Program-made: the position numbers and the translations under genes
NCBI GenBank assembly: GCA_000091205.1
Contig: AP006502.2
From: Cyanidioschyzon merolae
Lineage: Eukaryota
Reading direction: 5' to 3' (one strand)
Length of the DNA: 64,000 nucleotides
Notes under the pieces: generated by a model
What the model was told of the DNA's origin: nothing
Database searches by the model: none
The model's input: the letters and a program-made list of their open reading frames with translations, nothing else
Part shown: positions 54,683-64,000 of the stretch, in pieces
Position numbering within the stretch: the first letter of the stretch is position 1
How the letters are laid out: every line of letters begins with the position of its first letter

Positions 54683-56092
54683 ATGGACCATGACTTTTGG
54701 TGTAGTGATCTGGAGTTTGAATCATATCCGGAGTTGATGAGTGGGAACGGGCGCGAGAGCTCCGTCGACGCAACTGCTGCCGACGGTGACGGTGCTGGCT
54801 GCAGAAACCCGCTCAGAGAGACACTTGACTCGCACGCAAAGCCACTCGGTAGCGATCAATTTTTCGAGCAGGTTCTGCCTAGAGAGGGCGACTTCCTTCA
54901 CGAAGGCCCTTTTCTTAGTGAGGACTCGTTGCAGCGTTTGCTGCTTTCTGTTTCGTCTCCCAGGACCCATGGCGAGTCACAGCTCTCGGAAGAGAAGTCC
55001 ACTCCGGACAAGAGGAGAAGCGGACAGTCAGGTAAAAGCAATAAGGCAGCCCAGGGAGACATACTTGAAGACCCGGAAAGCTTTGTCGGTACTCAAACGG
55101 ACGCCCATGGCGACAATACTGTCAGCCTTCGGGACGTTCTTGCGCTAGCGTTGCCGCGAGTAGACCCGTACTCGCGCCAGCGTCTCCTTGAGCTCCACGG
55201 TTTACTTCGCAAAGGTTCTCTCGATGTGTATGGATTTATCAGCGAGCTGCGTAGAGTTATAGGCTCTAGGATGCTTCGTGAGCTGGCAACCGAGCTGGAA
55301 ACGACTCAGCACGATTTTCTCGAGTGTGAGAGGACTCTTGGGGCGCACAAAACCCAAGAATCATTCATAGAACCGAGTCAACAAAACGCTATGGAGTCTG
55401 TTGAAGAGATTTCTCTCTTGGAACCAGCAACCATGGCGGGAACCGAGGTGTCATCAAGCGAAAGTACGCCACTCTCGACGTCCCAGAGCGCGTCCACCAG
55501 CAAACCGAAGAAGCGCGCTTGGACCCGACTCGAACATTATATATTTTTGAAGGCAATGCAGATCTACGGTAGAGGGAAGTGGAAGTATATCGCCGACGTC
55601 CTGCCCGGTCGAACTCCAAACCAGGTTGCGAGTCACGCCAAGAAGTTTTTCCTGCGACAGAGAAAGAGCTTGAAAGACAAGCGAATGCGCAGCATACATG
55701 ATCTCGTTCTCTCAAGTCCTGAAATGCGCGAAGTGGAACGGGCCCTCGAAACTGGAGCGATTGAAACGCCGGGGTTCAATCTGGCGGCACTGGGTATCGT
55801 TCGGAAGGTACAGTCCGTGTTTCCCCGGCCTGCGCCTTCACATCATGATGGAAGCCTCAGTGGGTGGGAGACTGCCCTTCCTGGGATCAGCAGGAGAGCG
55901 GAGTACACGTCTGCCCCCATGTATCCTTCCGCGGACTATGCGGGGACAAACGCTCACATGGGAGACCCGATGACGCGCAGCTGCGACCTGCGGCTGCGAC
56001 GTTTAGAGTACACGGCCCATTTGCTCCGTCAAACGATCTCCACGATGCGTGCTCAAGCTTGCGGCACCTTAGTCGATCCAAGAGGGTCTTGA
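54683..56092 (+). CDS. 1R-MYB (SHAQKYF-class, CCA1/RVE/RAD-like) DNA-binding protein
   Basis: 'KKRAWTRLEHYIFLKAMQIYGRGKWKYIADVLPGRTPNQVASHAKKFF' is present. Confidence 0.65.
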   Translation: MDHDFWCSDLEFESYPELMSGNGRESSVDATAADGDGAGCRNPLRETLDSHAKPLGSDQFFEQVLPREGDFLHEGPFLSEDSLQRLLLSVSSPRTHGESQLSEEKSTPDKRRSGQSGKSNKAAQGDILEDPESFVGTQTDAHGDNTVSLRDVLALALPRVDPYSRQRLLELHGLLRKGSLDVYGFISELRRVIGSRMLRELATELETTQHDFLECERTLGAHKTQESFIEPSQQNAMESVEEISLLEPATMAGTEVSSSESTPLSTSQSASTSKPKKRAWTRLEHYIFLKAMQIYGRGKWKYIADVLPGRTPNQVASHAKKFFLRQRKSLKDKRMRSIHDLVLSSPEMREVERALETGAIETPGFNLAALGIVRKVQSVFPRPAPSHHDGSLSGWETALPGISRRAEYTSAPMYPSADYAGTNAHMGDPMTRSCDLRLRRLEYTAHLLRQTISTMRAQACGTLVDPRGS

Positions 56093-56668
56093 ATGCTCTA
56101 TCTCCGAGAAGCATCCAAGGCATCTCACGGGTGAAAGGATCAGTGTTAGATTCCGCATTCGTACTTATAAGTGTCCAGACCTGATCCTTTACACGCTTCG
56201 ACGCAGGATTTAGATGTGTCCATGCATATGAACAGTTAGCATGTTGATAAATCGCTATTCTTTAACTTTCTGGGCACGAATGCAGAATCGTTTGATCCAT
56301 ACTTGCCCAGCTCCCACTATCTGAACACATGCTGGTACTCGTGTGAACGGATATCTGACGCTTTCTAGCCTTTTCGGAAGGATCTTGGCTTCGCAGGCGC
56401 TTCGGTGCGCCCCAAGAACTTGTGCTAGATTTCATCATACGGGAGAGCTTTCTGAGTACCATTATACATCTGAAAACGAAAACGTCTTTACTTTCTTTAA
56501 TTGGAGAAGCGCAGTCATATGCATCTCGGTCGGGCCGGGCATGTCATCAGGTGCGATGCGCATTCCACATGCGGGGCGATTCAGGACCCGAGTATGATGC
56601 AACCGCAGTTCAACCATGTACTGCAGCCTATAATTCACTCTCTATTTCTGTATCATTTGGATAATCTA

Positions 56669-58066
56669 CTAGGGAGTGCCACGTTCCATGTCCACTCGTC
56701 GAGTGGTTTTCCAGTAGGGAAGACATTCCGATGGCTTCCAAATGCAGAGCACGACAGTCCAGTATATAAAGAAGATCCGGTGCAATGAGAAGATAAGACC
56801 CAGAAGCGCTAGCCGCAGACTTGCGCAAGCTTGGCACATGAGTCCTAGGCCCCAGACGAGAAGGAACGCTAGATGAAACCAAACCGCACGGTTTCCATTG
56901 AACCAGAATGAGAGAATAAATTGCGGAAGCAAAAATATTGGTGCTAGGAGCACACAAAATTCTACGAGTTCGTCAGGGTCGTTCCACCAGAGGCAGGGCA
57001 ATGACTCCAGATAGTCCGTATAGCGACGGTAGCCGCCGTAGACCCAGCGAGCCCGCTGCTGAAAAAGTGCCTTCCAGCTAGGAGCTAGTTCCTCCATAAC
57101 GTAGGTATCATCGATGTAGTGGATCTTCAGACCCGCAATTTTGAGGCGACAAGTCATATCAACGTCATCACCCGTGGTTTGATCATTGAAGAAAAAGCCT
57201 CTGAGAGCCGACCTGCCATCAGCAACATGCAAGATGACAGCTTCGTCGAAAAACATGCCATTTCCTCGTAATGAAGCACAACCAGCCCGACGAATCTGTC
57301 TCTGAGAGGAGACGAACCAGTCAGCCATATAGTCCGCAACCTGGCAATCCTCAAGCAGGGATCTGCTACCCCATCGAATGGGCTTTTTGAGGACCTGAAG
57401 AACAAGCGCGTCTTCGCTCAAAAATACTGCCGCTAGAGCCGCGAGAAGGCGGGGATCGCACTGTGCATCCGCGTCCAAAAAGCCAATAATATGCCTCTTT
57501 TTCGGTGAAATAATCACATCTTGCTCTCGTTCATAGAAAATGTACTTGAGTGCTGCATTCAAAGCACCAGACTTGCCTCCGCCGATATCGTGCTGCGGAC
57601 GTGCAATCGCTTGGCACACAGGCAGAGGTCGCAATGTGTCCCGTATCCAATGATGAATACGGTCAAAGGAACCATCCGTCGAATGGTCATCAAGTACCAA
57701 AATCCGATAGGAATCCACTGGGTACTTAAGGCCAAAGCAGAGTTTCTGCAGAGTCTTGCAAATCACGCCGCTTTCATTTTTGCAAGGAACTACCAGAGTG
57801 AAGAACGGGAGACTTCCAGTATCAATATCAGCTTCAGGGATTTTTTTAGTTGTAACCTTTTTACGCACTAGGAACGCCAAAAGATATGCGTCTAGTAAGA
57901 TAGCCGCTATATGGTAAACTCGTGAGGCTGGTCTCCAGAGAAACGACACTACGCCCGCCCCGAGGACACACAAGGGCAAAAGCACCGATCTTGAGCGCCG
58001 GTTGCTCGTTTCCGGCAACATCGAGAGGCCCGCGCAAGGTACTCGGACAGAAGTACCGCACAGCAC
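56669..58066 (-). CDS. GT2-family processive beta-glycosyltransferase (CesA/Csl/NodC-like), polytopic membrane protein
   Basis: 'LVLDDHSTDGS', 'GFLDADAQ', 'TTGDDVDMTCRLKIAGLKI' and 'QQRARWVYGG' (QxxRW) are present. TM segments lie at both ends. Confidence 0.75.
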   Translation of the reverse strand: MLCGTSVRVPCAGLSMLPETSNRRSRSVLLPLCVLGAGVVSFLWRPASRVYHIAAILLDAYLLAFLVRKKVTTKKIPEADIDTGSLPFFTLVVPCKNESGVICKTLQKLCFGLKYPVDSYRILVLDDHSTDGSFDRIHHWIRDTLRPLPVCQAIARPQHDIGGGKSGALNAALKYIFYEREQDVIISPKKRHIIGFLDADAQCDPRLLAALAAVFLSEDALVLQVLKKPIRWGSRSLLEDCQVADYMADWFVSSQRQIRRAGCASLRGNGMFFDEAVILHVADGRSALRGFFFNDQTTGDDVDMTCRLKIAGLKIHYIDDTYVMEELAPSWKALFQQRARWVYGGYRRYTDYLESLPCLWWNDPDELVEFCVLLAPIFLLPQFILSFWFNGNRAVWFHLAFLLVWGLGLMCQACASLRLALLGLIFSLHRIFFIYWTVVLCIWKPSECLPYWKTTRRVDMERGTP

Positions 58067-58198
58067 ATATCCATTTGAGAACCTGACAGGACGTTATCAG
58101 AGCGGAACACTCCACACTAGAACGGACTGGAAACGGCACCGACGTCCACCCTTCGTCTCGCGCACGACGGAAGAACAAGAATCCGCGTTGCTCTATCC

Positions 58199-58741
58199 AT
58201 GATCGAGCTCCAGCTTGAACTGTTTCCGGGACATATCGCGGGTTTGCTGCTGGTTGAACTTTCGAAACCTGTTGAAGACTTTGCAAGCATTTTCATACAA
58301 GGAACCTGGGAGTGTGCGCTTCTTGATGCGGGTGTCGTTTTCCACAAGTCACAATTGCTGACTGCGGTTAACGTTGCGTTCCAAAGATTCGAGGCTGGAC
58401 GATTGAAGACTCACTCCCTCCACAATGAGGTGATGCTCGCTCTTTCAGCTAAGCTTAGTATAAGAGATGGACTTGCAGCTGTTCGTTTTTCATGGGAGAA
58501 AACTAGATGTTTAGTTGTTGCTGTGGACCCGCCTGCCTCGTTTCCTCAAGCGGCTGAGTCGACGTCGAACGCTCTGGCTGCAAAGGTCAGACATTTTCCG
58601 GAGGGTGCGAACGAGCTTTTCAACGAACTCCTTGTTCACGTTGATAAGCCTTCGATCCAGAATCTTTATGGAACAGATATCGATCCACACTGGATATGCA
58701 CGAAGATTGCTACCGTTGAGTATGTACGGCAGCTTCGTTGA
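58199..58741 (+). CDS. Cgi121/TPRKB (KEOPS complex subunit)-like
   Basis: The overall similarity is modest: 'ALLDAGVVFHKSQLLTAVNVAFQRFEAGRLKTHSLHNEVMLALS'. Confidence 0.5.
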   Translation: MIELQLELFPGHIAGLLLVELSKPVEDFASIFIQGTWECALLDAGVVFHKSQLLTAVNVAFQRFEAGRLKTHSLHNEVMLALSAKLSIRDGLAAVRFSWEKTRCLVVAVDPPASFPQAAESTSNALAAKVRHFPEGANELFNELLVHVDKPSIQNLYGTDIDPHWICTKIATVEYVRQLR

Positions 58742-59360
58742 TCGTGGCGGCATTACGCACACAGGAACGCTAGCGAACGGAATATTCAACGCGAGGGCAA
58801 CCATTTGTGGGCGCTAGGAAAGCGACTTGTACCGTCCAGAGCGCTCTGTTGTTATCATGGAATTTGTTACGAATCCATTCATGGTATCACGGTTAACCGA
58901 CGCTGGGATTGTCATTTTACTTGTCCAGAGCGTTCTGTTGTAATCATTGGGTTTCCTCTGCTGCATTCCCTATCTCATGAGCCGTCATCCAGCGCACAAC
59001 GCACAGTCTATGGGAACGTCACAAGGACTTATAAGCATGTCTTAATTGCGCGTCTGATTTGTCCTGACAAACGCCCTCCTGTTAGTTAACTAGCGCTCAT
59101 GCGGCGTTTCCTGTTTTCGCCAAAGCATCCATGCAGACGACAGCCTGAATCCTTTCGAAACAGTGTGTGATAGCCTCTTTGGACTTGCACGGAGGTCTTT
59201 TCCTCCGTGGTCGATGCAACAGAGCTTGGAAGGCCTGGGAACGTGAAGCCTCCCCTGAAAGCGTAAACGCTCTGCGAAATCGCAGTAAAACGCTTTAAGC
59301 TGGCGTCTGCCAGTTGGCGTGATTAAAAGGGCCCAACGCTTGCCATACAGCAGAAACAAC

Positions 59361-61247
59361 CTAACGCATTTGCGGTGCCTGTAGGATAGATCCATCCAAC
59401 GTGATGCCCAGTAAACGCAAAAATACGGCGATTTCTTCCCTCGAGTTTTCATCCGCAATACGTTGCTCCAAGTCTGAGAAACAGGAAGCGGTCCGTCGCC
59501 CTTGAACCGCATCAATCCCTTCAGGATGTAGCGATCCGTGCATGCTATTCAAATCGAGGCTCGGTCTCGAAAGGACCTGCTTATCCTCTCTGGTCGCCGT
59601 TGGACGTCCCGGAAAGGGTGAATTGCTCCGTTTGACTGTGTTCGTGCAATGATGCATTGAATCTGTGAATCTCGCGGACCGACTCGGAGCTGGGAGGTGC
59701 GCGTTTTTGATCGGAGCCTTTGGGATTTTCAGACGATCAAACCACCGATGCTTGAGCAACTCTTGACAAGACGGACGTTGCCTGTAATCTTGGGCTAAGC
59801 ATAAGGCAAGAAAGTTACGAGCGTTACTACTGAGGCGAATTTCCTGCGGAATTTCAGGCGATCCTTTTTCAAGCAGCGTTACGATCAAGTCAAGGTGTCC
59901 TCTGCAGCCCAAATAGTCATCATAGTTTGGATGCTTCCCTTGCAGGCACTCAAGGAGGCTGATTCCAAGACTATAAATATCCGCTCGGTAATCGTAAGGA
60001 CTCGCGCGAAGCATCTCGGGTGCCATATAAAGGCAAGTCCCGACGAATTTCCCTTCCCGAACTGGTCCGTGCACTCCGAGATCGGAATTATCTTTCTGAG
60101 GATTCTTCTGCACAGATATTGATGAAGATAGACCAAAATCTGCGAGTTTCACTTGCCCAAGACGATTCAACAGAAGGTTGGACGGCTTCACATCCCGATG
60201 CACGCGATGGCAGACGTTGTGGACGAACTGGAGTGCTCGGAGCGTCTGCCACGCAATCGCTCGTACAACTGATTCAGACAGCCGCTTCACGGACGATCGG
60301 CGGTATAAGCCGTCGATGCTTCCGACGTCCATAAGCTCCATAAGAATCATGACCCTGTTTCCGTCCTCGACGATTTCATGGTAATGAACGATGTTTTCGC
60401 AGTCGTGCGCTCGGGCCATTCTCAAGACGGATACTTCGCTTCGTATCTGAGCACGATGCGAGCTTGAATCAATGATCTTTATCGCTATCGGCTCCGATTT
60501 GTCCTTGTACATGGCAAGCTGAACAGATGCGAAGGAACCGCTTCCGATTGTACGGAGAAATTGTAGATGGTTCGCTTTCAGGCCAGAGCCAGTTCCAAAG
60601 CTATTAGATGTCGGACAATCAGATACTTGCATAACACGCGAGACACCCGATTCCATACGAGAGGATTTCATGGAAACGTCTTCCTGTTTGAGAGATTTCC
60701 AATCGGCCGCGGCCTGTCGAGTTTCATAGCTGGTTTCGCCTGCCTCTCCGGCAGATATACTACAAGCCATCACTTGTCGTTCTGCAGTCGAGTACGCGGT
60801 AGGAGCTTCATCTGCCTCTGCACAGCACTCAAAACTCGCACCGTACTCATCGTTTGGTTGGAGTGGGTCTCCAAAGTTGAGATCCGTTTCATTCAGGGTG
60901 AGCTTGCCGAGCCCGCGGCGAACGCTCAGGCTCTTGCTACGTGTTTCTAATAGATTCGATACTGCCACGACAGAATTCGAGGTTGCACTTCCGTAGTTGT
61001 CTTGAGGACGTTTTCGATTGTTCACAGCCGACGCTTGCAAACGCGTCTCGTCTGCAGCTGGTGGTGGACTTCGAGCGACCTTCCCTTTGAGGAGCCCGCT
61101 CAACCAGAGCGGGACGCGGTGGCGCCCTCGCTTCGGGGCAACTCGCCCGAGACGCGAATCAACTTGCGCATACCCTGGTGCGAACCGAGAGTGCAGTGTG
61201 CTGCCTTCTCCAGAGTGCTCCTCTGCGAACCGAAGACATCGCAACAT
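59361..61247 (-). CDS. Ser/Thr protein kinase, MAP kinase kinase (STE7)-like
   Basis: 'IGSGSFASVQLA...IAIKII', 'VHRDVKPSNLLLNRLGQVKLADFGLS' and 'GTCLYMAPE' are present. A long N-terminal non-kinase region means the true start may be internal. Confidence 0.7.
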   Translation of the reverse strand: MLRCLRFAEEHSGEGSTLHSRFAPGYAQVDSRLGRVAPKRGRHRVPLWLSGLLKGKVARSPPPAADETRLQASAVNNRKRPQDNYGSATSNSVVAVSNLLETRSKSLSVRRGLGKLTLNETDLNFGDPLQPNDEYGASFECCAEADEAPTAYSTAERQVMACSISAGEAGETSYETRQAAADWKSLKQEDVSMKSSRMESGVSRVMQVSDCPTSNSFGTGSGLKANHLQFLRTIGSGSFASVQLAMYKDKSEPIAIKIIDSSSHRAQIRSEVSVLRMARAHDCENIVHYHEIVEDGNRVMILMELMDVGSIDGLYRRSSVKRLSESVVRAIAWQTLRALQFVHNVCHRVHRDVKPSNLLLNRLGQVKLADFGLSSSISVQKNPQKDNSDLGVHGPVREGKFVGTCLYMAPEMLRASPYDYRADIYSLGISLLECLQGKHPNYDDYLGCRGHLDLIVTLLEKGSPEIPQEIRLSSNARNFLALCLAQDYRQRPSCQELLKHRWFDRLKIPKAPIKNAHLPAPSRSARFTDSMHHCTNTVKRSNSPFPGRPTATREDKQVLSRPSLDLNSMHGSLHPEGIDAVQGRRTASCFSDLEQRIADENSREEIAVFLRLLGITLDGSILQAPQMR

Positions 61248-61439
61248 GCAGCAAAGCTAGTCCTTCTTTCCTAGTCGCATAGAAAACTCTGCGGCATTGA
61301 TCCTAATTTGCTAGTGCGCGTTGTACCCTCCAATACCGTGGCGGCTGCAGGCAGATGTGACTTCACACCCATATTAGACTAAACTGCAACAGGCTTTCAA
61401 ACAAAGCTGCGCAAACTAAAGTTTGATTTTGTTCCCGCT

Positions 61440-62300
61440 CTAATAAACACTAGCCTTTGTGGCTTGTTCTGCGATTGGGTTTGCTCCCTCTAACTTATTT
61501 CGGGCTTTGAATGCACTGGTCTATCCTTTTCCTCAAAATCCATCGTCTGCAGTTCGGGGATATTGATGGCAGCGTTGAGGTCCCGATTTCGCTGCTTCCC
61601 GCAATTGTCGACTCAGTCGATGCACCGGGCGGTAGATAAGTTCAGAGCTTCGCTCTCCATTTTCACCTTCTTTATGTACAGCGTGGAGCGCATATCGCAG
61701 AGTGACATATGGCTGCAGTCAGGTATTCAAGCATTTCCGACATACCTCATTCTTCTGCGCAAGGTACCCTACGGCGCGTGCAGGCATGGTTCATCGCTCC
61801 ATCATGCCATTGACGGGCATAGAAGATGCCCTCGGTGCTCTCTTCCGTTTCCGCGTATGGTGCCGTGCGCTACGAGCATGGGGGATCCTCCCTGTGAGAA
61901 CTCTGTTCTCTGGATACGCAAGCGCGCACTGTTCCATAAGATAGAGGATTCATGGAACACAATATCGTACATGATGGAACGCGTACTCGAAGGAATATCC
62001 GGGCTGGATATCACTCTGCGAAATTTCGATACGACTAAGCTACCCTCGTGCAAAATGTCACGTACTGCCCACTGCAAGCGGTCGCCGCGTGGACTGACGT
62101 CCAAGTCCGAGACCTTTTTCCATGTAAACAAAAGAGACGAGAAAAGCAACGAGCAGATATTGAGTGCCATTTCTTCGATACCGAAGAAGAGAGGAGGACG
62201 TATTTTCGAATCGAATGGTTTCTTTGATGTGGCAAGTTTAGTGGACTTTTGGAATGAGCTTGCGAAAAAAGTCGTCTAGGGACAGCGTCGAGTGTTTTAC
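61440..62300 (-). pseudogene. TnpB/Fanzor-like element, family I, diverged copy with an intact RuvC-III motif
   Basis: The minus strand reads 'VDNCGKQRNRDLNAAINIPELQ' at 61559-61624. ORF 61802-62170(-), 'GDRLQWAVRDIL...VAHGTIRGNGREHRGHL', is homologous to 'SDRLQWTVRLSC...VAHGTGRRTGGHL' of B and C. The 3' motif 'ccagtgcattcaaagcccg' lies at 61501-61519. Confidence 0.55.
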
Positions 62301-63327
62301 GTCTTCATTCTAATGGTGCGAGTTGCTGCGCCCCGGGTCGGCTCGAAGCACAGAGGTCCAAAACGTGAGGAATATGTGAATTGAGCATGATAAGTGTGAG
62401 AAAAGGAGAGAGGCGGAGGTTTGTACCCATGAACTAGATGATGATGACGGCTATTCTACGAACCTGAATTCGACGGTATCGCGAAGGATCTTAATTACGG
62501 TGACATCCCGGTTTCCAGCAGCAAGGAGCGGATAGAGCTACTCCGAAACGACGACCGGGAATCCAAATACTCCGAATCAATCCATAAGCCCCTACTGCGG
62601 GACCTGGAGTTCCGAAGCCGCACATCCATAAATGGTCGAAAACATCGCAAGTCAGGAACAGAGCGGGCAGTTCAACTTTTCATTTTAATCTGACAGGGGC
62701 TAGGCCAGTCTCTGGATGAATCACAAATAGCAAGGAGACATCCTAGCAAGAGGAGAGCATCATTTGCAGAAAGTTCTGCGAAGATATTAAGGCGCGCATG
62801 CAGAAGTCCCCAGATATCCGGAACGTACACGAGCACCAGTTCGTCCACGAAGCGTTCATGACGAATCCTGGTCAGTTTGGAATATGCAAAGAAATATTCT
62901 AGCACACGCCAATCACTCAATGCGTTTTGCACCCAATTCAGCCTCTGGAACTCACGCCCTCGTTGGACACCCCACAGACATTCTGTCTCCATGCGACATC
63001 CGCAGATGCGTCAGCAACGACTCAGCGAGCGTCCGCAGTAGGCTCAATGCCACCTGCATCGCTGGATCTTTCAAGTTGCCGTTGTTTAGGACCAATGAGC
63101 CGGCCTCCAAGGCTGCGTGAATCGCGAGCACAGGGGAACAGTCCCTATGAGTTTCCGCGCAAACCGCAGTCGGTGTACGAGCGTACTTGAAGATGATTAC
63201 CATTCATGAGAAGACCCTCATGCAACGCTCCTCTGTGGCGACAGTAGACATGACAGCTCCTCGCATGACTGCATCAGAACCGGGTATATTCTTTGGCAGC
63301 GCCTTACCCTAGTATGTACCCAGGTCT

Positions 63328-64000
63328 TCAAATCCGTGCATTCGGACCAAGTGTTTTCTTGGGCAGCGCCTTACCCTCGTACGCATCCAGGTAAGAGCTA
63401 TCCGATAATTTTCGCTCCACATCGTAGCTCATTCTTCTGAGAACTTGAGGCGTCATTTGCAAAGGCTCAAACTGGAAAATTTCCGGGGGCGGTCTCGTGG
63501 AGGGTGGTCGCCTGCGCCGATTCTCGAGCCCTGTACCAGAACGCGTCGGCAACTCGCCCTCCGCTGAAGCAGACTTGTCGGGCGGTATAGCTGCGGACTG
63601 CTCCACGGCAGCTACCCAGTTCCAGTCAAGACTTTTCAATTCTTGCAGAGAAAACTCTAGTCGGCCCTGCTTCCCAACAATTTGGACGTTCGGAAGTGGC
63701 TCCGCCTCTGGCCTTTGGTCCCGCCTCAGGACCCGCAGCACAACGTCAGGCCTTCGATGAGCAGCTATTGTCCTTGCCTTTATTTTTTCTCTCAGAGGCT
63801 CTGGGAGCGTCTTCCCCCGATTCCAAGGCACACGCTCTCTGCTGTTTTTAGGTGGCGGCGGCTTCTTCTCTGCCTTCCGCTTCTGCGACGTGCGCTTCAC
63901 CGGAGCCTTCGCAGAGTCCTTTGCACGCGAAGCGTCTTGGATTTTACCGCTCCCCGGTGCGCGCTTCTTGCGGGTACGGCGCTCTTGTTTTGGTTCGCAG
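63328..64000 (-). CDS. Basic, Lys/Arg/Pro-rich ORF. Its listed start is at 63900, but it is open to the window edge.
   Basis: This rests on ORF evidence only. I recognise no domain in it. Confidence 0.25.
   Translation of the reverse strand, partial: CEPKQERRTRKKRAPGSGKIQDASRAKDSAKAPVKRTSQKRKAEKKPPPPKNSRERVPWNRGKTLPEPLREKIKARTIAAHRRPDVVLRVLRRDQRPEAEPLPNVQIVGKQGRLEFSLQELKSLDWNWVAAVEQSAAIPPDKSASAEGELPTRSGTGLENRRRRPPSTRPPPEIFQFEPLQMTPQVLRRMSYDVERKLSDSSYLDAYEGKALPKKTLGPNARI

Overview
This window reads as intron-poor eukaryotic nuclear DNA of moderately high GC. Most genes sit in single uninterrupted ORFs: Ran GTPase, PDH E1-alpha, LSm3, MIF, CDC50, an RHD3/Sey1 GTPase, a MAP2K-like kinase, Cgi121, a BRCT-repeat protein and an SPX-RING protein. 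Several genes point to a plastid-bearing, alga-like lineage: VIPP1/IM30 with an N-terminal extension, a CofG/CofH-type radical-SAM protein, a SHAQKYF 1R-MYB, and a GT2 processive glycosyltransferase. I cannot name the organism. Gene islands alternate with AT-richer segments full of decayed repeats.

The most striking content is at least eight dispersed copies or relics of a TnpB/Fanzor-like (OMEGA-type, RuvC-fold) element family. Each carries the C-terminal RuvC-III signature '(C..CG)...NRD-x-NAA-x-NI'. Three copies (29.6-30.6 kb, 44.8-46.1 kb, 49.3-50.7 kb) are about 98-100% identical, so they amplified recently, yet they carry Gly in place of the catalytic Asp. Older diverged copies keep the Asp. 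Five family-I copies share a nucleotide-conserved ~20-nt motif just 3' of the RuvC-III codons, which makes it a candidate guide-RNA scaffold.

A second subfamily of three relics has a distinct conserved C-terminal tail. A frameshifted LINE RT relic, several tandem repeats and a 1.34-kb inverted element pair bracketing an IscA/CofG gene pair are also present.
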